Shown here: positions 12,480 to 23,354 of the stretch, piece by piece
Numbering within the stretch: the stretch's first letter is position 1
How the letters are laid out: every line of letters begins with the position of its first letter
DNA from: Ramazzottius varieornatus
Taxonomy: Eukaryota > Animalia > Tardigrada
Assembly (NCBI GenBank): GCA_001949185.1
Contig: BDGG01000008.1
Location: 310,001-374,000 of the forward strand
Length of the DNA: 64,000 nt
Direction of reading: 5' to 3'
The notes under the pieces: generated by a model
Seen by the model: the letters and a program-made list of their open reading frames with translations, nothing else
Told to the model about the DNA's origin: nothing
Database searches by the model: none
Program-made: the position numbers and the translations under genes

Positions 12480-13541
12480 CTTCATATTCCAGGAAAGCTT
12501 TTCTGATTCTGTCGCGGTACTCTGTGTGGCTCATACAATTATCTTTCGGATTCCCAATGCATTTTTAAAGGTAAAATATGGCTTTCAATTTACAGATAGA
12601 CAAGATTTCTGTAAAGGAACCGTGGCCTCTGTTTTTATTGACTCTTAATTTCGCTTTTCAGTTTTTTGTTGGTTTATATGCTTCTGCAATGCTGGAGTTT
12701 ATGCTGCGCAAGGCGAAGCGGAAATGGATGGATGAAGTAAACGTCAGGGAGCGAATACCGGTCGCGTCGGTAAACAAGCAACGAAGAGAGATATAAGGGT
12801 CCTCTGCGAAACTCAGCACTTCATGCAGCGACTAACTTTCAGATTAGGTACAAGTGTCGTAGGTTGATAGTAGATTCTTTTTTTCGAGGCGAACAAGGCT
12901 CGGCCATCTTTGTAGTCGCTGCGTTTGGCCCAGGTACCATAGTGCCAGTGATCCGCGAGGAGCCATTGCATCTGGGCTCCTGAAACTTGAGCAGAACATA
13001 ATGTCGTGTTCCCTTATCTACTTTATGGTGTACGTCCAGCACTTTTAGTGCAGATAGGAATGCCGAAATGTTTGGTACTTCTCGCGAAAGCTCATAACAC
13101 AACAATAAGGTAGATATAAAGTTCCAGGGATTACAGGAGATAGCAGATCGGAACTTCCGTTGCGCTCGACGTAGCTAACACGCCTTTATCAGCAGCCAAT
13201 CGTCAAGTACAACAGTAGTTACAGCACTGCTTGTTTCGCCTGCAGGCCCTCGCAGCAACCACATACGCGCAAGGCCATCATGTTACTGCGCTGAAGGCAA
13301 CTCGCAGCCTCTGATAAGCCTAACGAAGACAGCTGATTTCGGTTTTAACGCTGTGCCTTCTCTTTCCAGGCTTTCATTTTCTACTTTCCATCCTTCGGAG
13401 TTCTCCGGTTTTGTTTCTTTCGCAAGAAGCCAGCGCAGAGGAGTGGGGGCCGATGCACCAGCGGAGAGTCTACCAAGTTATGAGAAGGTCCTTTCCCGCT
13501 CTGAGAAACTCGATAGTCCATATCCGTCCCATAATCATAAA

Positions 13542-16500
13542 ATGAACTCACTGCGAGTATGCCAGTCGACCCTGCGAACGAGCGCCCAGTTTGGACGAGG
13601 TAAGAACTTGCCCGCTTACCGTGTGTTCCTTCCTCATAGCAAAATTGTTCCCTGGTTCCTTGTACATCTGGGTAGGACAGTAGAACCCTGAGTTCTCGTG
13701 CTAATTAAATTTACATTACAGGAACCAAACGAGCCCAACATGCCGCAGCCGCCGCTGCACGATCCACGCGTAGTCAGGCACCATCGCTGGTGGAGGGCGA
13801 GCCTGATCAGCCCGTAGTTCGCACTGAGGTTCCAGGACCCAAGTCGAAGGCCTTGACAGCCGACCTGGGAACCATACAGGTATGCCACCATACTGCGATT
13901 TGAAATTGAAAACCTTTTATTTTGCTTGTGAAACCCGTTGCGGTATTGTTTGGCTATAGCATTGTCATGCGAGGCATTATTTTGTTGTCACAGAGTTGAT
14001 TCGCGCCGTCAGCTTTGCTCAGTGGGCATGTGCTGAGGGTAGAACTTGAGGAAATTCTGATTACTTAAGAGGGTCGTTCAAGTAGGCATGCGAACAGCCC
14101 TAAGCTCGAAGAAACCGTGAAGTGAAAATCGATTGAGCACGCGATAAGTCGGAGACCACAGTGTTGGGATTCAGCACGATTGCTGGGTTTCGAGGCATGC
14201 GTTCTATACACGACAAAGGTGGGAAGAAGGCTCAGCTGTGTGCATTCGATCTTTGTTGTGGAAGAGGATGGCGGAAAGCAAGAATAAATTAAAAATAATC
14301 GACGACTTGCTTGTGGGCGTAAACCCACACTTTCGGCTCTTGGCACCTTTGCTTTCGTAACTTCGTACCTTATTTGACAGAATTCCCTGGCAGTGACGTT
14401 CTTCGCGGACTATGAGAAGAGCGTCGGGAACTACATCGCCGACGTTGATGGAAACGTTATGCTGGACACGTACATGCAAATTTCTTCCATTCCTCTAGGT
14501 AGGTCTCTGCAAATCACCAAGCTGAGTCAACTCGGAGGTCCTGTTGCAAGCCAGTAACTAGCCAGGTCTCGAAAAGTTTACTCTATTCAAGACTGTGGTA
14601 ACATATAGAGTGCGAAAAGCAATGATCAATGTGTCTGCTGGATGACTGGGCGAGACAAAGGAACCCTCTGAGCCTGATGGTAAAGCTAACTGACAAACTT
14701 TCCAGGATACAATCATCCGGACTTGCTGGAAGTTACCCAGAGCCGTGAATATCAGGTACTTGACAATATGGAGTCTCTCTTGAGAAAGCTCAGTTGGCAC
14801 TCTGGATTCTTTACTGCTGAGGACCTGACGCTCGCTAATGAGCTGCCTAACTCCTGGTTTCCTCTTTCAGGCTCTTTCTATCAATCGACCCGCCCTTGGG
14901 AACATGCCACCTAAAAGTTTTGTGGACAAGTTGCACGGCGCACTGATGTCGGTAGGTGGACCCAAGTTGACAAACGTAATTACTTTCTGTGAGTACTATA
15001 ACGTCAGAAGTTTTCTCGTAGGTTGCTCCTAGAGGACTAAAGCATGTGCAGACAATGTAGGTGGGATGTCTGAGTACTTTGACCACAAAACCGAGAACGA
15101 TATTGTCAGGCGTGCCTAATGCTGGCTCTACTTTTAGGGCGTGTGGATCGTGCTCAAACGAGAACGCCTACAAAGTCATGTTCATCTGGTATAACGTAAG
15201 TACCACAAGTTTTTTGGACTGTTCTGTCGATAATCGTTGCCCTATAGGTCTTTTCATCGTCTTTCTTTTCCAGATGAAGAACCGACAAGGCAAAGAATAC
15301 ACCATGGAGGAACTCGACCAATGCTTGGTGAACAAGGGACCTGCGTGTCCCGACCTATCGCTGTTGTCGTTTAAGGGCGGCTTCCATGGAAGAACTCTTG
15401 GTACGATACTTCCTCATCGTCCTACGTTTTAGCAGTCTTGCAAATGGTGTCATATCGTATTGGAACTGCAGGATGTTTGGCTACGACCCACACCAAGCAC
15501 GTCCACAAGCGTGACGTCCCTTCGATGGACTGGCCCATAGCCACCTTTCCCAAGTACAAGTACCCACTTGAGCAAAACATGGACTATAACGCCAAGCAAG
15601 ATATGCAGTGTCTGCAAGAAGTGGAGAAGCTCTTCGAGGAGTACAAGGCTAAAGGCCGTCCAGTCGCGGGTATTGTCGTCGAGCCCATCCAGGCCGAGGG
15701 CGGTGACGTCCATGGGTCGCCCGAGTTCTTCCAACAGCTACAGAGAATCGGCAAAAAGGTGATACCATTCGTATGGGATTTCGGCAAACGGACTTGACCA
15801 GATCACTGTCTCAAGCGGCGCACGTTTTCACTGTTACATAGTATTATCTGGTCTTGTGCGCCACTTGGAATAAACTATCTGGTTCAAATGATCTACCGAA
15901 GTCCCACATTACGTACGCATAAGCTTCGCTGTCAGAATTGATCTTTAACGTTGATATTTTCATCTGTTTAGAACGGAGCTGCCCTGCTGATCGATGAGGT
16001 ACAGACGGGTGGAGGATCGACGGGGACAATGTGGGCGCATGAGCAGTTCAAGCTGGACTCCCCTCCGGACATCGTGACATTCAGCAAGAAAATGATGACT
16101 GGAGGATATTTCTACGCCGATGAGTTCCATCTAGCCGAGGTTAGTTAATCACATGACTATAATCGTTACCTCCAAAACTAAACACATCTTTACTGATATC
16201 TTGTTTCGATTAGCCTTATCGTATCTTCAACACATGGTTGGGCGATCCGACGAAAATCATGCTGCTAGAGAAAGCCCTGGGCGTTATCAAGCGAGATAAC
16301 TTGCTGGAGGTGGTGAAGGACTCGGCGTCCGTCATGGAGAAAGGCTTCTTGCACTTGCAGGACAAGTTCCCTAAACTGGTCTCTAACTCGCGTGGACGCG
16401 GCACATTCCGCGCCTTCGACATGCCGGACATGAAGATGCGTGATAAGTTCCTCGGGGACATGCGCAATGCCGGTGTCCAGATTGGTGGTTCGGGCCCCAA

Positions 16501-16594
16501 CTCGGTACGCTTCCGACCGGCACTCATCTTCCAGCCTCACCACGCCGAAACCCTCATCGATATCACGGCCGACGTTTTGAAATCCAAATTCTAA
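13542..16594 (+). CDS. ABAT: 4-aminobutyrate aminotransferase (GABA-T), mitochondrial, ~10 exons
   Basis: [70 protein letters not shown] and the PLP lysine motif DIVTFSKK. Confidence 0.95.
15816..15863. repeat. Dyad element variant (36-nt spacer; ABAT intron)
   Basis: aagCGGCGCacgttttcactg...cttgtGCGCCActt. Confidence 0.7.
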
Positions 16595-17452
16595 ATTCCA
16601 TTCTTTTGTTCCTTTGGAGTCCACATGATAGTATTATGCAACTACCGCACTTTTTGGTTGTTCATAGATACAATTTTACAACTAGAAACTTATCTGAGAC
16701 TATCTTATCAATGTATGAAGAAAGAATAATCCCGTGGGCAAGAACCTTGCTGAGTGTACGGGATACAATACTGGAGACCTCACTCCAGCCTCAACATGCA
16801 ACTTTACGTCTTCTGCGGGCCTGGTATGTATCGTTGCGTAAGGGATGTCGCAATAAGCGATCATGTACAGTTCCGCCCGCACAATGGGGAAGAGTTGAAG
16901 TATCGGTTTACGTGAATATTTCGGTATGCGGGATGATCGAACCAGCTATCATAATTCCTTTAGATCGCATGCCTGTACATGCGACACAAAATTGGTAGTC
17001 AATGAAGAACTCAAGTATAGGCACATCGAACATCAAGGTCCTGTGCACATCTTGGGATCACGATAACTGTAACGTTGTTGCGTCATGCCGCTACCGACGA
17101 CAGGTGGTCGACATAGCGTCGAACCGAACATTCTTTTTATACCATTCTGCTCATTTCCGCATCCTGAGGGCTCATCTGTTGCTTGTTACATCACGATAAA
17201 CTTGACATTGAAACTATCGAAAATAAAGATGACGAAGTCGTATAAATATCGAAACATGACAGTCCACACTTGACGGACTTCTTCCTGGTACAGCTGTCAG
17301 TCAGCTTCTTGCAATATCACCAGAAAACTCCTTATTCAGCCCATCGTTCTACTCAATTTGTCTGACAGTTAACTTTCAGGATTTTGGTACAAGGAACCTC
17401 GTGTTTGTGAGATCTCGCGAATATTCTCCGAGTGATTCTTGAGAGTCAAATC

Positions 17453-18770
17453 ATGTTACCGTTTCACAAGTTTGGGTTTTTCGGGTACCCAGCGACCTTT
17501 TGCATTGTCTTATCCATATTAGGCCTCACCTACCACGCCCAAGGCGAGTGCATTGCTGGTATAAACGCAGTCAGAGAAAGCATTCTGCTAGTAGCACGTA
17601 TTTTGATAGCTTTTTGTCTTGCTCTAGCAGCCAGGATTGATTTCGGAACCGGAAACGATGAAGATGCGGCAAGTGACGGTATGCAAATGGTTCCTGAAAA
17701 ACGACAGGTCAGCAAATTCTTTTGGCATATCTTCTGTACTGCTGTTGTGCCTGCCCCTCCCTTTTCCACACTCGTACATGTTCTTCTTTTTGCAGAACAA
17801 CATGGTAAAAACCTTCAAGACTAAGTTTCCAACTCCTTTGGCGAAGATTTCCCACTCTGATTTTCTGTTCGGCTTGTTTCAGGGCGAGACGGTACGTAAG
17901 AGGAGACAAATACCAACCGGCAAATACTGTAATGCTTCTTCAACTTCGCAAACACGTCACGATACGCGCGGAACATCCCTCCGGGGGTTGGTAAGGCATA
18001 GTCACTGGACCGGGGTTTAACTCCACGCGTACAATCACGTGATTCGAGAAGTTCAAGAAGCATTACAATATTTCACTTGGGTTCAAACCATGAATATTGT
18101 GTTCACATAAATTTGTGGGTTTCTGGTCGTGGTTCCGCTTGATAATTACGCCAACTGGTCGAATGATGCGTTTCCTAGATGGTAAGGATGTCTTCTCTCC
18201 GCAAAGTACATACATTGTTACTCGCAAAACGCGAAGTGTGTTTTCTTATAGGCGTGCCTGGTAAGTAAGAAATGCAATAATGTCGATCTCCCAGCGATTA
18301 ATGGATTATTTTTACTTCGGCAACGAACAGATTAACATCAAGGTATGAAACAGAACCAAGCCGGCTTCGTTTTTCTGAACCTTCGGAAAATTCCCGCCAA
18401 TGCAAATAAGACATGCACAGTCTGATACGTTATTGTTTGTGCTTATGTACAGAACTGCCGCCCGGTAAGGTTCCTGGTTCTCCGCTGAATCACCCGCCCA
18501 TCTTGTTCTAACCCATCCTTTTATTCAAGTTCGAGCGTTCTGCAAAAAGAGGAGGAAAGGTACACGTGATTCAAGGAATGCTATTTCAATAAGCCAGCTG
18601 AAAAGACAAACAAAGCCCATGTTTCTGCATTCTGTTAGAATCGGCGAGTGGAAGAGGAAGTGGACCACGTTTCGACGACGGGCGTGGGACTAGCCAACAG
18701 CTTGTGGCGGGAATGGCTCTTCACACGTCCAGTCATTCCCGCGTCGAACGACCCAATCTACGACAGATAG
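17453..18770 (+). CDS. Micro-exon gene encoding a predicted 128-aa secreted prohormone/neuropeptide-like precursor
   Basis: Exons 17453-17543, 17628-17707, 17796-17804, 17883-17891, 18179-18181, 18252-18260, 18331-18342, 18453-18464, 18530-18559, 18639-18770. Each internal exon lies between AG and GT (first donor is GC) and they join in frame: signal peptide...VPE-KR-QNNMGETMACLINIKNCRPFERSA-KR-GGKNRR...IYDR*. Confidence 0.75.
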
Positions 18771-19592
18771 AAAAGTTGTCCCGAACATCCACGATCTTTC
18801 TATCGAACTGGAAATCTGATCTGAGTAGCACAGACAGTAGATGGCAAGCAGTTTACTTAGGATAAGGCTTTGTGGTACAGTACAGTACCGTCTTTCTCCC
18901 CTAGCTTGCAGCTTTTACTTCTTTATAATTTTCCGCATGTCATCCTTTTATGTATCGCACCTGTCCATTCGTTTTTCAAAACAAAATTCTTCTGCGAAGT
19001 CGCAAGTTGTGAAGAACCTCTCTTCGATCCTCGGACTCTACAGAGCCCAGTGTCAGAACGACAGAACCTGCAAAACAACCAGCTTCGTTCCGTCAGGAAG
19101 TTGAACGAGCATTTACGTCAGAATGGCAGCTCTTCTAAACAGTCGTAACTTACCAGAGTACCTGCAAGTCCTGCAGATGAATACTAAGCTTCAAAGCGTC
19201 TTCCCTAGTTGCCGTTTCATGACTCGGGTTGAGAGAAAATCCCTCGCGTCACGCGTGAACTTGGAATGAAAATGGAGCAAATGAAAACTGGCTTAAACTG
19301 CATGTTTCGCAGCACATGGGCTCGATTGATTTATCAGTTTGCCTCGCTAGGAAGAAAACTCGCAACCAACCCATGTATAACCGCAAACTCCTGATTGGCT
19401 CTATGACAGATGTTTTTACTTTGTGCGAAAATTTAGAAAAATTGATAAACCTCCCTAAATCATCTCGGACAACTGCCATAGAGCTCTGTTGCCCTCTCTT
19501 TGTTCTCCCCCAGCAGGTATATGAGCGTGTGGTTCTTGACGAATGGACCCATAATGCTGGGGTATCAATGAGTGGAACGACTACTGTTGAGA

Positions 19593-20612
19593 ATGGGGAA
19601 TTGCCTTCGACGGGGAGACGGATCCACAGAAGACTATTCTCTCCTTCACGCGAATCCTGCAGATCAAGAGCATCAGAATGACTTAAGACAGCATCATCCT
19701 TCCTCCACGTACAGCCATTCCGTAGGATCGTCGGATACTGCGTCTTCAGACTTTCCGGACGATTTGCACCCTGTAAGTGTCAACATATTAGATACGACCT
19801 CTGTTCTTCCCGTTATTCCTGGCGTATGAGAAACATGAAAGACTATCTCCTTGGGACAGTGCTCGTCGTTCTTTCAGTGGGAAATGTTGGATGGTTATCG
19901 TAGTCTGTGGTTGACAAAAGCCACATAAAGATAGCCTGATTATGTTGCCTCACGCGATTACGTGAACTTCTCTTATATCCGTCGTTGTTTCACCGTTGCA
20001 GGATGAAGTAACGAGTCGATTTGCTTCGCTGATGGTGGATCGCCAAATAACGGAGGAAGAACAGATGCAGAAAGCGCAACGTTTCGGCCTGATCCAGCAC
20101 CTGCCATCCGGTTTGTATGATGGCGGAAAGAAAGACCGAGAGTGAGTAATGAACATCAGCATAAAGTACGCATAAACCTTGAAAGTCTCGTGACTTGCTT
20201 ATCGTCACTCATGTGTCTTTTCGTATCAGGTGCCCCATTTGTATGGTGGAACTAAATTGTGGTGATCCCGTCAGGTTCTTACCCTGTATGCACGTCTATC
20301 ACAAGGTATGCATAATATGTCCTGCTCGTCCAAGAAAAGATAATGCTGGATGAGATCGTTTCCTCAAGTGGCGCACGCTTTCAGCCAGAGACACTGAAAG
20401 AATCCGCCACCTGGGAGAATAAGCTTGGCGAGTTTGTTAATCCACTTAATCGAGCTTCCCTTTATTTGATAATACGAATTTTTCTTTAGGACTGTATTGA
20501 TGATTGGCTCCTAAAGCATTCACTGACTTGCCCCAACTGTATGGAGCCAGTAGAATGCGCGTTGATGAATTCTTACGAAGTTGGGAATACTCCTTGGAAC
20601 TTCACGTCGTAG
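19593..20612 (+). CDS. RNF11: RING-H2 finger protein RNF11-like
   Basis: MGNCLRR myristoylation-type start; ITEEEQMQKAQRFGLIQHLP; CPICMVELNCGDPVRFLPCMHVYHK|DCIDDWLLKHSLTCPNCMEPV; four exons. Confidence 0.92.
20369..20409. repeat. Dyad element N29 (RNF11 intron)
   Basis: aagTGGCGCacgctttcagccagagacactgaaagaatCCGCCAcct. Confidence 0.8.
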
Positions 20613-21384
20613 TCGCCCTCGCTCGATAGCTGTCCCGGTAATCTCGGACGACGATAGTCTTATGTACTCCGGTTATGTTTTTCCGTTGGTGATATCAGCA
20701 GAGGGTTTCGCTGACTTGGTTCTTCTTCGTGATATGCCCAGGTTTGTCTGGGTTGGTCCGAGTACGCGTAGAATATCATTAACGAGCTGAACTTTTACTT
20801 TTAGTTTTTTTCCCAGCTCTGAAAAACCGATCTCAATCGAACTTGATACGTCATAGAATCTTTTACGGCTTTTATCTCCAACAAACTTTGAATTAACTCA
20901 CTTCTGTATATACAGTCATAAATTCAAACGATGAATCTCGATAAATCACGTTTCACGGAAGGTTCCGTCGTGGAACGGAAGTTCTTCCATTCAGCGGATT
21001 CGCTCAATCTTGTTATCATAATTCACTACGTAAGTTTCAGTGTGTTTCCTTCCAGCTACATGTATGTAATTCCAAGCTTTTTTTTCTGTAGTTTCAGATA
21101 TTGGAAGGACCTAAAAGGTACCTTAGAAGTTCCGGTGCGGCAGAGGCTCAGAGCCTGTGAACCCTTCACTAACTTTGACACCGACGTTTCCGATCGTTCC
21201 CACCGGAAGGCTACGAAACAACCAGAGGTTGGCAGGAGCTTCAGAATGGCAAGCAGAATTTCGCTGTTTTTCCCTCTGAAAAATTCTCAGTTAAAAGTTT
21301 CGCTGATGAAATTGCCATGCTAATGCCGAAGGCGTCATTAGACACAGTGTGTCTACGATTGCCTAATGTGCTCAAAAACAAATA

Positions 21385-23354
21385 CAGTGTACGCCAATAT
21401 GGTCGCCCGGAACTGGGCGGAGTTTTTGGGCGTTAACCACAACGCCGACAACCAATGAACAACAGCCAACTGCTGGATTTATTTATTTTATTTTACAATG
21501 AGCAGAACACTAACAGTAAAACAGAAACGTATACCATAAAACAGGAAATCTCATGAGGTGAAACATGAAAGACAACCGAAAATGAAATTATGAGTTCAGT
21601 AAGGGATGCGAGCACCGGAGTTGTTGATACACTCAGTCATTCTGCTGTACATCGAGCTCACCAGGTTGCTGCAGTACTCGGGAGTAACAATTACCTTCCA
21701 TGCTTCCTGAATTAGAGTGTCAAGCTCCTCAAGATCTTTCGGTCTTCGATCGCAGATATACATATTCATTTTTCCCCAGACATTCTCGATGACGTTGAGG
21801 TCTGGCGATCTAGACGGCCATGTCAACACCTAAAAGAAGTACGAAAAATTTGTGTACTTATGTTTATCCAAAAACAAGATATATTGTGTAACATGGGCGT
21901 ATCAGATAAAAAGCACTATTGTTTTACGAGAAACAAACTTTGAATGAGTCCGCTCATCCGCCTTCGCGCCTAACACCCTTCCGCAACGTTTTCGCTCGAT
22001 TCAACAACCGATTGGTCTGCTCTAGTAAATTTAAAAATTGAAAACAGAAATATTGAAATACTGTTCAATAAAAAGCGTACTTCTATTTCTTCTCGCCAGA
22101 AAAATTGACCCATCCGTCTAGAGGTGTGCACTGGACACTTGTCTTGCTGGAACACCAAATCCCGACCATGCTTCTCAAGATACGGAAGTAGTCGCTCGAA
22201 CAAAACTTCTTCGTAGGCGCCCGAATCTATTCGACCGTCAACTCGAAATAACGCTACAGGTCCACATGCTGTGATGGCGCCCCACAACATTATCCCGCCT
22301 TTAATGCGCGTAGCTACGGCGACTTGCAAGTCTTTATCGTGACGGTTTTCCTCTTTCAAGTACCAGCACTACAACGATAAGTGATAAGTATATCGAATTT
22401 ATCAGATTCATTAAACGCGTTAACGTGTTAAGTTTAACAGGTACCTTGCGTTTTCGACGAAAGCCTTAAACAATTGACCAAGCAATTGAAAAATGGTTCC
22501 GAATGACAAACTTGCTTCTCGAAGATCTTAATATTTCGAGAGCAGAGATTCATGAATTTAGAAGGTTAAACGAACTGATTTTCAGAAGGTTAATATTATT
22601 TACCTCGATCTTACCACCGTGCAAGTTGAAACGAACTTCGTCACTAAAAGCCACATCATGGAACAGGGTGGGGTTTTCCAGGAGTTGTTCACGCTGGAAC
22701 AGGCACCAGAACACCCGGTTGTCTTTGTGCTCCTGGGTTAACTCGTCGAGAACAGCTTTGGATCAACGAGTCTTAAGCTCGCGAAGCCGATTCAGCAACG
22801 TCCGGTGGGCGAGTCCAGCTTCGACGGCGATCTTGGCCGCACTCAGCTCCCGCTTTGCCTGAACGAGCCCAAGCATTTCGGCGTCCTGCTCCCCGCTCGT
22901 GATACGAGGTTATCCCTTAGGTTTCACCACTTTCCGCTTCTTAGTTTCGGGATCATAATTCTCGATGACGTTCTTCACCCACTTGTGGTCTTTTCCCATC
23001 ACACGCCCAACAGCACTGAGATTCTTGTTTTTCTCTGAAAACAACTTGAAAACAACGCTGACAAGGGTTGGGTCCACTGGGATACCACGAACCATCTTGA
23101 ATTCACGAGAAGATATCAGAATTTGCGACCGAAAGGATCTGGAGCTGAAAGGATCGCTCGGTAATACAGCTCAGTATATCGCATTAGCGGCTGTTGCGCA
23201 ACAGGTTCATTAGCAATCAGCTGTGCCTGTTTACGTTTAATCAACCATGTCTAATCAACCAGATCGCTTTTCCTGGTTTTTAACTGGTCGTCTCCGGCTT
23301 GGCTGACGCCCAAAAACTCCGCCCAGTTTCGGGTGACTATATTGGCGTACAGTG
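21385..23354 (-). mobile_element. Tc1/mariner DNA transposon (DD34E), full length but defective
   Basis: TA|cagtgtacgccaatatggtcgcccggaactgggcggagtttttgggcg ... cgcccaaaaactccgcccagtttcgggtgactatattggcgtacagtg|TA: imperfect TIRs of more than 50 bp with TA target duplication. Confidence 0.93.
21596..23095 (-). pseudogene. Tc1-type transposase pseudogene with two introns and two in-frame stops
   Basis: HTH N-terminus, AFSDEVRF, GGIMLWGAIT, FQQDKCPVH..|..WPSRSPDLNVIENVW (D-34-E after splicing). Stops at ~22910 and ~22763. Confidence 0.88.

Noticed and set aside
17432-18063. ORF-track proteins of 130, 127 and 80 aa in this region
   Set aside because: They are read-through of introns of the micro-exon gene, or antisense shadows.
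19060-19180. Minus-strand donor/acceptor pair upstream of RNF11
   Set aside because: No supportable CDS; may be a divergent non-coding transcript or chance.
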